55,473 bases of DNA from Candidatus Omnitrophota bacterium (lineage in GTDB: Bacteria > Omnitrophota > Gorgyraeia > Zapsychrales > Fredricksoniimonadaceae): positions 1 to 55,473 of the forward strand of contig JABDFL010000004.1 of NCBI GenBank assembly GCA_013286575.1, in the 5' to 3' direction. Below the pieces are notes generated by a model. The model ran no database searches and was not told where the DNA came from. It worked only from the letters and a program-made list of their open reading frames with translations. Of this stretch, positions 42,201-49,759 are shown piece after piece (position 1 is the first letter of the stretch; every line of letters begins with the position of its first letter). Made by a program: the position numbers and the translations under genes.

Positions 42201-42228
42201 GGATTCCTGCTTTCGCGGGAATGACAAT
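42201..42228. repeat. family-2 hairpin mini-repeat, intergenic (between the PSP1 gene and metG)
   Basis: The sequence is ggattcctgctttcgcgggaatgacaat. Confidence 0.7.
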
Positions 42229-42233
42229 ATCTA

Positions 42234-43034
42234 TTAGTTTGGGTTTCCCAGCGGATAGTTGACTTTGACCATTTTGCCTTCGCCTAAATCAACGGTCACA
42301 TAATGCTTGAGAATGTCCATGGCAATGACCCGGCCCTGTTCGCCTTCAGGCGTGTTGACCTTGGCCCCTATTTTAGGAAGGGTCCTGGCAAATTCACGGT
42401 AGACCTGGTACTCATACGCCATGCAGCACTTGACCCGGCCGCAGACTCCGGAAATTTTCTGGGGGTTGAGCGGCAGGCCCTGGTCCTTGGCCATTTTAAT
42501 GGACAAGGGATGGAAATCTTTCATATAAGAAGAGCAGCACAGTTCCCGGCCGCAAACACCATAACCGCCGACGATCTTGGCCTTGTCGCGCACGCCGATC
42601 TGCTTGAGCTCAATGCGCACGCGCAGCATCTTGGCCAAATCCTTGACCAGGCTGCGGAAATCCACCCGGCCTTCCGCGGTAAAAAAAATGATGATCTTGG
42701 TGGCATCAAAAGAATATTCCGCCTGGACTAATTGCATGTCCATTTTACTTTCTTCAACCTTGATTTTGCAGGTTTTCAAAGTTTCAACGGATTTTATTTC
42801 ATTATTGACCACCTGGCGCAGGTCCCCGTCACTGGCCAAACGGATGATTTTGCCAGCAGCAGCCTCGGTCTTGCCGGTACAGGCCTTGTCAGGGTCTGAG
42901 ATGACTTTGCCGAATTCTAAATTCCGTTCCACTTCCAAAATCACTAAATCATGGCGGTGTATCGCCACGCCATTGGCATCCATCCAAACAACCGGACGGT
43001 ATTCTCCTAATTTAATTTGCACTAATTGGCCCAT
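42234..43034 (-). CDS. PSP1 C-terminal domain protein (YaaT/RicT-like)
   Basis: 266 aa with Cys-rich CGRELCCSSY and CGRVKCCMAYE. It follows the conserved tmk-holB-yaaT gene order. Confidence 0.8.
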   Translation of the reverse strand: MGQLVQIKLGEYRPVVWMDANGVAIHRHDLVILEVERNLEFGKVISDPDKACTGKTEAAAGKIIRLASDGDLRQVVNNEIKSVETLKTCKIKVEESKMDMQLVQAEYSFDATKIIIFFTAEGRVDFRSLVKDLAKMLRVRIELKQIGVRDKAKIVGGYGVCGRELCCSSYMKDFHPLSIKMAKDQGLPLNPQKISGVCGRVKCCMAYEYQVYREFARTLPKIGAKVNTPEGEQGRVIAMDILKHYVTVDLGEGKMVKVNYPLGNPN

Positions 43035-43864
43035 ATATGCTCCCTTAAGAGGCTCAAGGACATTTTGACATTCAGTTTTTCGTCCACGAGCTCTTTTGTT
43101 TGTACGATTTGGCGGATGATCAAGGTCAAATCCCCGAAGCTCCGCGCGGCAAATTTTTCAATTTCTTTTAAATTGCCCTGGTGCACGATGGCTGCTTTGG
43201 CCACGCCGCTTTTAAGCAGGATAACATCCCTAAAAAAACTTAATAAAAGCCGCAACGCCCGGGCCGTCTCTTGCGGGTCTGCTGAAAGCTCTTTTAGAAA
43301 ATTATCATTATTACGGTTCAAAAGCATTTCATCTAAAACCTTAGGGTTGTCCGGAATGATTTCCTTTTTAAGAAAAAATTTGACGACATGGCAGCGGGAC
43401 TTGATCGTATCCAGGCTGTCCTCGGGCACGCTCGTCGTCAGGACCATCAAGGTATTGGGTGCCGGCTCCTCTAAAGTTTTGAGCAGCGCATTGGCTGCCT
43501 CCAGGGTCATCAGCTCAATATTGCGGATAATAAAGACCTTTGTCTTTCCTTCATACGCCATCAGCTGGGCCCGGCCTAAGAGAAAACGGATGTCTTCAAT
43601 TTTGATACTGTCTCTTTCATCATTGCCTATCACATGCACGTCGGGATGATTGCCGGAATCGATCTTCCTGCAGGATGGGCATTCTCCGCAAGGTTGATGC
43701 GCCGCATTTTCACAATTGACCAATTGGGCCAAGCTCATAGCTGTCTGGGTCTTGCCCGTACCCTGCGGACCTACCAGCAAATAGGCATGCGCCAGGCGAT
43801 GATTGGCTGCAAGGCGGCTAAAACGCTGCATGACAGCAGGGTTGATTTGTGTCGTGTTTATCAT
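43022..43864 (-). CDS. holB: DNA polymerase III delta' subunit
   Basis: 280 aa with the Walker-like GPQGTGKT, the zinc module CGECPSCRK and SRC (KSRCHVV). Confidence 0.8.
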   Translation of the reverse strand: MINTTQINPAVMQRFSRLAANHRLAHAYLLVGPQGTGKTQTAMSLAQLVNCENAAHQPCGECPSCRKIDSGNHPDVHVIGNDERDSIKIEDIRFLLGRAQLMAYEGKTKVFIIRNIELMTLEAANALLKTLEEPAPNTLMVLTTSVPEDSLDTIKSRCHVVKFFLKKEIIPDNPKVLDEMLLNRNNDNFLKELSADPQETARALRLLLSFFRDVILLKSGVAKAAIVHQGNLKEIEKFAARSFGDLTLIIRQIVQTKELVDEKLNVKMSLSLLREHIWAN

Positions 43865-44481
43865 AATCCCAACAAAGCATCGATATAGATTTTTACCCTT
43901 TTGAAAATTACTTCCTTGTCCGCGTCAACCTTCACGACCTTGATGCGCGCAGGGTATTGCTTGCTTAAATCCAAATACCCGTTACGGACCCGCTTGTGGT
44001 ATTCCAAAGGACGCGATTCAATGCGGTCCTTGGTGGCTCCGGCACGGCTTAAGCCTTTTTCAGGCTGGATATCAAAAAGGATCGTGAGATCCGGAACAAT
44101 GCCTTTTGTTGCAAAAAGGCCTAATTGCTCAATGGTTTTAATGTCAATCCCGTTGCCATAACCCTGATAGGCAATGGTTGAGTCTAAAAAACGATCGCAC
44201 AAGACGATCTTTGAAGCTTTTAACTGCGGTTCTAAAACTTCCTTGACCATCTGGGCGCGTGCCGCCATATAAAGCAGGGTCTCGCACTCATCCCCCATGC
44301 CGGTATTATTCACATCGAGCAGGAGTTTACGGATATTTTCCGAAATCTTGACCCCGCCCGGCTCGCGTAAGAGCATCACCGGCATTTTCTTCGACTTCAG
44401 ATACTCCACGACCAAGGCCGCCTGCGTGCTTTTGCCGGAGCCTTCGGAGCCTTCAAATGTAATAAATTTGCCGTTCATCAT
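43861..44481 (-). CDS. tmk: thymidylate kinase
   Basis: 206 aa with the P-loop FEGSEGSGKST and DRFLDSTIAYQG. Confidence 0.9.
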   Translation of the reverse strand: MMNGKFITFEGSEGSGKSTQAALVVEYLKSKKMPVMLLREPGGVKISENIRKLLLDVNNTGMGDECETLLYMAARAQMVKEVLEPQLKASKIVLCDRFLDSTIAYQGYGNGIDIKTIEQLGLFATKGIVPDLTILFDIQPEKGLSRAGATKDRIESRPLEYHKRVRNGYLDLSKQYPARIKVVKVDADKEVIFKRVKIYIDALLGL

Positions 44482-44502
44482 TTAAACCATAAAAAATAAA
44501 TA

Positions 44503-44531
44503 TTGATTAATAATCAAATTATAATTATACT
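44503..44531 (+). promoter_or_regulatory. candidate sigma70-type promoter for the downstream tRNA (TTGATT-17 nt-TATACT), overlapping a 7-1-7 palindrome
   Basis: TTGATT at 44503-44508 and TATACT at 44526-44531, with the tRNA 5' end 14 nt further on. TTGATTAaTAATCAA (44503-44517) is a perfect inverted repeat. Confidence 0.3.
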
Positions 44532-44545
44532 ATTTATCAATTAAC

Positions 44546-44619
44546 GCCCCGGTAGCATAATTGGATAATGCTTTCCCTTCACTAAGGAAATGATGCGGGT
44601 TCGAATCCCGCCTGGGGCG
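44546..44619 (+). tRNA. tRNA-like gene, nominally Val(CAC) but with a non-canonical anticodon arm; no encoded CCA
   Basis: The acceptor (GCCCCGG/CTGGGGC), D-arm (GCAT/ATGC) and T-arm (GCGGG-TTCGAAT-CCCGC) are clean. The anticodon arm is either TTCCC/AGGAA with a C:A mismatch and loop TTCACTA (pyrimidine at 37), or TTTCC/GGAAA with a 9-nt loop. The discriminator is G. Confidence 0.6.
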
Positions 44620-44734
44620 TTAAAGGCCTTAAGAATGAACGTAAGGGACTTTCTTAAGACCATATTTCTCTTGAAAAGAGCACCACTTCTGATATACTTT
44701 AATTACCTTAGTGAGGGAAGTGCATTATCCATTG

Positions 44735-44759
44735 GGCCGCGTTCATCGCGGCCTTTTTT
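44735..44759 (+). terminator. rho-independent terminator (plus-strand orientation)
   Basis: GGCCGCG-TTCAT-CGCGGCC followed by TTTTTT. No T-run follows the hairpin in the minus orientation. Confidence 0.6.
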
Positions 44760-44767
44760 ATTCTAAC

Positions 44768-45094
44768 TTATACGTCTCCAAAGCTTACAGGAAATTCTGC
44801 ATCATTTCTTTTTTCAAGTCGTAGTTCTCCATATGTAGGGAATCTTCCAATTTTACGAATAAGACTGATCATTTTCTTGATAAGAAAATCATCAGTATAT
44901 GCAATAGTCAATTGATTTGGAGCAAACCCTGCTTCTTTTTGAGCATCTCCAAATCGAGCCCAATATTTTTGCCAATCGTAAGGCCTTATTCCTGTTTCAT
45001 CTAAAACTTTATTCTTACCTAATGGCTTCCCATCATTTTCCTTTGCCGTTTTACGAATTGCTTCAATAATATCTTGTTTGGTTACTACACTCAT
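44768..45094 (-). CDS. small protein made of homing-endonuclease-associated (HNH-associated) repeats, second repeat truncated
   Basis: 108 aa. Repeat 1 is DIIEAIRKTAKENDGKPLGKNKVLDETGIRPYDWQKYWARFGDAQKEAGF. Repeat 2 is FLIKKMISLIRKIGRFPTYGELRLEKRNDAEFPVSFGDV-stop and lacks the terminal AxxxAG. Confidence 0.5.
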   Translation of the reverse strand: MSVVTKQDIIEAIRKTAKENDGKPLGKNKVLDETGIRPYDWQKYWARFGDAQKEAGFAPNQLTIAYTDDFLIKKMISLIRKIGRFPTYGELRLEKRNDAEFPVSFGDV

Positions 45095-45305
45095 TACTTC
45101 AACTCCCCGATCCCCTTTTTACAAAAAAGAGGAAAAAAACGTTGGCAGGCTGATGCCGATATGTTCTTTTTGCGTATAAAAAATCTGACTATTCGCTTTC
45201 GGCTCAACTATATGCGTGACCAAGTTATTGGGAAACAACGTTTCCAGCATGAGCTAAGATTTTTAGCAATAAGAATATATCGGTGTCAGCCGTCCATGCG
45301 TGTCT

Positions 45306-45338
45306 GGATTCCCGACAAAAGCATTCGGGAATGACAAT
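45306..45338. repeat. family-2 variant hairpin just downstream of the cysS stop
   Basis: ggattcccga-caaaagcat-tcgggaatgacaat has a perfect 8-bp stem with a different loop. Confidence 0.6.
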
Positions 45339-45344
45339 GGAACA

Positions 45345-46751
45345 TCAAATCCAGCGCCAGGTTTGGCCGGTTTTGCCGTCTTCGACGGCCAGGCCTTTTT
45401 CTTTTAAAAGCACGCGCAGTTCATCGGAACGCTTAAAATTCTTGAGCTCACGGGCCTGGGCGCGTTCCTCAAGCAGGGCTTTCAGGTCTGCTGATAATTC
45501 TTTATCTTTCTCCTGCAGGAACAAGCCGAATATATTGCGGGCCAGATTTTCCAATATGTCCACCGCGTGATAAATGACGCCTAAATAATTGGGGTCATCA
45601 CTGTTTTGATCTATGTATAAATTAGTATCATTGATCAGATTAAACAAGGCCGCCAAAGCTTTGGGCGTATTGAAATCATCATCCATGGCCTCGATGAATT
45701 CATGCTTGTATTTGCTGATAAAGCCTGCCTGGACCGGTTCGATATTTTTTTCCTTCAGGAGGCCCGAAGCCCTGTAAAAAAGCACATCAAATTTCCCCAG
45801 CGCTTTGCGGGCCTCGAGTACCTTTTCCTCGGAGAAATCGATATTGCTGGCGTAATGCGAAAACAGGAAAAACATTTTGATCTCATCGGCGCTGTATTTG
45901 GCCAGGGCTTGGGCAATGGTGATAAAATTACCCGATGATTTGGACATTTTCTGGCCATTGATGGTCAGCAGGCCGTGATGGATCCAGTAATTGGCAAAAT
46001 GCACATTCGTCAAAGCTTCAGACTGGGCGATCTCGTTTTCATGGTGCGGAAAGATCAGATCGCGGCCGCCGGCGTGAATATCCAGGGTTTTCGTATGCAA
46101 ATGCTTCATGCTCATGCACGAGCATTCAATGTGCCAGCCCGGACGCCCGCCGCCCCAGGGACTCTCCCAAGCGGGCTCACCGGGTTTGGACGATTTCCAT
46201 AAAACAAAATCCAGTGGATCTTTTTTTTGGGAATCTTTCTCGATGCGCACGGCCTCATGCATCTTGTCAATGCTCTGGCCGGAAAGCTTGCCGTAATCCT
46301 TGAAGGCGCGCACATCAAAATACACATCCCCACCCGGAATTGAGTACGCAAAGCCTTTGTCAATGAGCCCCTGGATATGGGTGATCATGTCCGGGATATT
46401 ATCAGTGGCCTTAGGCTCGGCATCACCCGGTGCCACTCCCAGGGCTTTTAAATCTTCGTAATAAAAACGGATCTGCTCTTCACTGACATCATGGGCAGAG
46501 CGCTTGGTTTCGATGGCGCGGTCGATGATCTTATCGTCGATATCCGTGATATTGCGGACAAAGATGACATTATAGCCGCGGAATTTCAAATAACGGCGGA
46601 TCACGTCAAACACATACAAACTGCGCGCATGCCCGATGTGCGAGCGGTCATAGACAGTGATGCCGCAGGTGTACATCCTGACATCATTGCCCGAAAGAGG
46701 GATGAAATCCTCTTTCTTGCCGCTTAAAGAATTATATATTTGTACCGGCAT
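45345..46751 (-). CDS. cysS: cysteinyl-tRNA synthetase
   Basis: 468 aa with HIGH (SHIGHARS) and KMSKS (KMSKSSGN). Confidence 0.95.
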   Translation of the reverse strand: MPVQIYNSLSGKKEDFIPLSGNDVRMYTCGITVYDRSHIGHARSLYVFDVIRRYLKFRGYNVIFVRNITDIDDKIIDRAIETKRSAHDVSEEQIRFYYEDLKALGVAPGDAEPKATDNIPDMITHIQGLIDKGFAYSIPGGDVYFDVRAFKDYGKLSGQSIDKMHEAVRIEKDSQKKDPLDFVLWKSSKPGEPAWESPWGGGRPGWHIECSCMSMKHLHTKTLDIHAGGRDLIFPHHENEIAQSEALTNVHFANYWIHHGLLTINGQKMSKSSGNFITIAQALAKYSADEIKMFFLFSHYASNIDFSEEKVLEARKALGKFDVLFYRASGLLKEKNIEPVQAGFISKYKHEFIEAMDDDFNTPKALAALFNLINDTNLYIDQNSDDPNYLGVIYHAVDILENLARNIFGLFLQEKDKELSADLKALLEERAQARELKNFKRSDELRVLLKEKGLAVEDGKTGQTWRWI

Positions 46752-46765
46752 AAATTTGATTCAAC

Positions 46766-47488
46766 TTAAATGGTGAAATCTACGTCATTCTCGCCCTTAG
46801 GCGCTTCACAGCCTGTTTTTGCTTCCAGGGTCTTGATGCGTCCGAGCAATTTTGACATGTTTTCCATGACCGGATCGCTGACTTGCATATGGGCCAATTC
46901 CATGTCAATGCGACGGCCGTCTTGTTTAGTAATGCGCCCCGGGATCCCGACAACAGTGGAATTGGCCGGCACATTTTTGATGACCACCGCATTGGCCCCG
47001 ATATAAGAATTATCCCCGATCGTGATGTTCCCCAGGATTTTGGCCCCGGCCCCCACCACCACATTATTGCCCAGGGTCGGATGGCGCTTGCCTGTTTCCT
47101 TGCCTGTGCCGCCTAAAGTCACGCCCTGATATAAAAGCACATTGTCCCCGATAATGGCTGTTTCACCGACGACAACACCTGTCCCGTGGTCGATAAAAAA
47201 ACTTTTCCCGATCTGCGCTCCCGGATGGATTTCTATACCTGTCCAAAAACGACCCACCTGGGAAAGCCAACGGGGTAAAAACGGGACCTTCCATGCCCAT
47301 AATTGATGGCTCATCCGATAAACGACCAGGGCATGCAAACCGGTATAAAGCAAAACCACTTCCAGGGCAGATTTCGCCGCCGGATCACGTTCTTTGATCG
47401 TCTTGATATCGTCAGCAAAAATAATATAAATCGTCAAAATTTTAATGACGGCGATCAATATTAGGATAATCAATATGGCTGTAATCAT
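46766..47488 (-). CDS. cysE: serine O-acetyltransferase with a hydrophobic N-terminal extension
   Basis: [32 protein letters not shown] followed by a hexapeptide-repeat left-handed beta-helix. The first ~23 residues ([23 protein letters not shown]) look like a TM helix. Confidence 0.85.
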   Translation of the reverse strand: MITAILIILILIAVIKILTIYIIFADDIKTIKERDPAAKSALEVVLLYTGLHALVVYRMSHQLWAWKVPFLPRWLSQVGRFWTGIEIHPGAQIGKSFFIDHGTGVVVGETAIIGDNVLLYQGVTLGGTGKETGKRHPTLGNNVVVGAGAKILGNITIGDNSYIGANAVVIKNVPANSTVVGIPGRITKQDGRRIDMELAHMQVSDPVMENMSKLLGRIKTLEAKTGCEAPKGENDVDFTI

Positions 47489-47502
47489 ACATCACTCCGA
47501 TT

Positions 47503-48654
47503 TTATTTTTTTAAAAGCACCACTGCGTAAGCGGCAATGCCCTCTTTGGCACCGATATAGCCCAAACCTTCATTAGTACCGGCTTTGATATTGACTTGGG
47601 ACTGGTCAAGCCCCAACTCAAGCGCAATATGATACTTCATTTTCGGTTTAAATTCCTTTAATTTCGGTGCCTCAGCCAAAATCACCACATCCACATTCTC
47701 AACAGCCCAGCCTGCACCGTAGACTTTCTGGACGACCTTCTTTAATAATATAGAACTTTTAACTCCCTTATATTGAGGATCCGTATTCGGAAAATGCTCC
47801 CCGATATCACCCATGCCGGCCGCACCTAAAATGGCATCGCAAATGGCGTGTAAAACCACATCCGCATCCGAGTGGCCGCTGAGCCCATGGGTGTGCGGCA
47901 CTTCAATGCCGCCGAGCATTAACTTGGCCCCGAGTTCCAGCCGATGCACATCATGCCCTATGCCTACCCTGTAATTCATTTTTGGCCCTGTCAGTAATTG
48001 CCCGGCTAAAATGATGTCTTCCGGTGTGGTGACCTTGATGTTGCAATAATTTCCCATGACCATCTTCACACGGCCGGCCATGCGCTCGACCATCATGGCG
48101 TCGTCGGTGGCCTCTTCTTTAAACTTCTTCGCATGCGCTTTGACCAAAACGTCTTTATGAAAACCCTGCGGCGTTTGCGCTTCCCATAATAAATCCCGCG
48201 CCGGGGTTTCCTTAATATTTAATGTTTTACGATCAACTTTCTTAACAGTAAATTTAACCGGCACGCCGACAATGGCTGCCTTATTCTTCTTAAGCGCGGC
48301 CGACAAACGGTCGATCATCGCACGGTCGACAAAAGGCCTGGCGGCATCATGCACCAAGACGATCTTTGTATCGGACGATACGGACTGCAGGCCGCACTTG
48401 ACTGAATCCGAACGCAAAGCACCACCCGCCACCACCGCGCGCACCTTTTTAAAGCCCCGCGTCAAATGAATGAATCGGGCCAAAGAACCACCGGTTCCGA
48501 CGATCACCACCCCGTCAATGCCCGGGTGCTTTTCAAAAACACCCAGCGAATAAGCAATCAAGGGCCTGCCTTTAAGCAGGACCAATGCCTTAGGGGCCTT
48601 AGCATTTAACCGCTTGCCTGCTCCTGCCGCTACAATGATAACCTCTGTCTTCAT
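47503..48654 (-). CDS. ispDF: bifunctional IspD/IspF (MEP cytidylyltransferase / MEcPP synthase)
   Basis: The N-terminal part has VIIVAAGAGKRL. The C-terminal part has RVGIGHDVHRL...GHSDADVVLHAI. ATG 48654 is preferred; the track ORF starts at 48675. Confidence 0.9.
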   Translation of the reverse strand: MKTEVIIVAAGAGKRLNAKAPKALVLLKGRPLIAYSLGVFEKHPGIDGVVIVGTGGSLARFIHLTRGFKKVRAVVAGGALRSDSVKCGLQSVSSDTKIVLVHDAARPFVDRAMIDRLSAALKKNKAAIVGVPVKFTVKKVDRKTLNIKETPARDLLWEAQTPQGFHKDVLVKAHAKKFKEEATDDAMMVERMAGRVKMVMGNYCNIKVTTPEDIILAGQLLTGPKMNYRVGIGHDVHRLELGAKLMLGGIEVPHTHGLSGHSDADVVLHAICDAILGAAGMGDIGEHFPNTDPQYKGVKSSILLKKVVQKVYGAGWAVENVDVVILAEAPKLKEFKPKMKYHIALELGLDQSQVNIKAGTNEGLGYIGAKEGIAAYAVVLLKK

Positions 48655-48722
48655 TCTATTCATTTCAAGATGCATGCGTTAGATCCGGACAAGGAAATAC
48701 AATGGCCGAATAAAATACAGGC

Positions 48723-49757
48723 TTATTGTCGTTCCATCTTTGCAAAGATCATGCGGCCGGCCTGGGTTTGCAGGGCGGATGTCACATAGACCTTGACTGT
48801 TTGCCCCAAACCTCTGCGTCCGTCGCTGACAACCACCATGGTCCCGTCTTCCAGATAGCCGATGGCCTGATTGGCTTCCTTGCCTTCCTTCAACAGCTTA
48901 ATCTCCAGTTCCTCACCGGAAAAAACCACCGGCTTGACCGCATTGACCAGATCATTGATATTAAGCATTTCAATGCCCTGGATGGACGCAATGCGGCTTA
49001 AATTAAAATCCGTCGTGCAGATACGGGCGTCCATGACCTTGGCAAGCTTGACTAATTTCAAATCAACGGCATCGTTGCCGGTCAAATCATCTTCATGGAT
49101 GCGCACATCCGCTGCCGGATCTTTCTGCATTGATTTTAAGATCTCCATGCCGCGGCGGCCGCGCTGGCGTTTGGTATCATCCTCGGAATCCGCCAGGCGC
49201 TGCAATTCATGCAGGATAAAACGGGGCACCACCAGGCGGCCGGCCAAAAAACCGGCCTTGAAAATATCACTGACGCGCCCGTCGATAATGGCACTGCTGT
49301 CCAAAAGTATCACGCCGTCTTTTAAATCCTGCCGTTTAAAACGCACATAAGGGATAATAAGGTTGAACTCATCCTTGCCGCGCAGCGCCATCACCGCGCC
49401 CAGATAAGAAAAGACCAGGGTCAAAACCACCCTCAGGATGGGCTTGAGCACATCCCCCAAAGGCATTAAGGAAAGGATGTCTGAAACCAAATTCGCCATA
49501 AAAATCCCGAGCAGAAGGCCGAAAACCATGCTGGTAAGCCCGCGCACCGACACCTGCTTTAGATTGGCTTCAATCACGATCAACAGCGCCCCACCCACCA
49601 CACAGGCAATAACACCGGCGATAGGTGCCTGATTGATAATACCGATCTGATAACCGATAATGGCGCTGATAAATATGAAGAATATACGGATGAATAATAA
49701 TGTCATGGCTCTCCTAACTGGACCCCGCCGCTTGGCCAACTGGCCAGGCGGGGTCAT
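48723..49757 (-). CDS. membrane-anchored PIN/TRAM domain protein (YacL-like)
   Basis: Four N-terminal TM helices, a PIN-like core (ILLDSSAIIDGR...TTDFNL) and a TRAM-like C-terminus. It has the usual position beside radA. Confidence 0.75.
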   Translation of the reverse strand: MTPPGQLAKRRGPVRRAMTLLFIRIFFIFISAIIGYQIGIINQAPIAGVIACVVGGALLIVIEANLKQVSVRGLTSMVFGLLLGIFMANLVSDILSLMPLGDVLKPILRVVLTLVFSYLGAVMALRGKDEFNLIIPYVRFKRQDLKDGVILLDSSAIIDGRVSDIFKAGFLAGRLVVPRFILHELQRLADSEDDTKRQRGRRGMEILKSMQKDPAADVRIHEDDLTGNDAVDLKLVKLAKVMDARICTTDFNLSRIASIQGIEMLNINDLVNAVKPVVFSGEELEIKLLKEGKEANQAIGYLEDGTMVVVSDGRRGLGQTVKVYVTSALQTQAGRMIFAKMERQ

Positions 49758-49759
49758 AT

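Noticed and set aside
40689-42227. Longest-ORF starts for metG (42227), secretin (3569), AEC permease (8177), lptG (31477) and ispDF (48675)
   Set aside because: The extra N-terminal residues are repeat-encoded (metG), precede the signal peptide (secretin), are non-membrane and unconserved (AEC), or overlap the upstream gene (lptG). Internal ATGs give family-typical N-termini.
42311-42325. An isolated GCAATGAC string inside the PSP1 gene as another mini-repeat copy
   Set aside because: Only the 8-mer matches. The left terminus (AGATTGC) and the interior of the element are absent, so this is most likely chance.
44546-44619. Reading the odd tRNA as an opal suppressor or recoding tRNA (anticodon TCA in the CTTCACT register)
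   Set aside because: TGA clearly functions as a stop here, for example the aceF stop in the ATGA overlap at 12688-12691. The TCA register would put a pyrimidine at position 37 and needs the 9-nt loop. The short variable arm rules out tRNA-Sec.
44635-44766. 43-codon ORF (MNVRDFLKTIFLLKR...) in the tRNA trailer
   Set aside because: It reads straight through the strong hairpins and the terminator stem-loop, and no RBS is visible. The region is better explained as structured RNA.
45074-45334. 86-aa plus-strand ORF in the cysS / HNH-repeat-gene spacer
   Set aside because: It starts antisense inside the neighbouring gene and runs through a mini-repeat (its tail PDKSIRE is repeat-encoded). It has no RBS and no recognisable domain.
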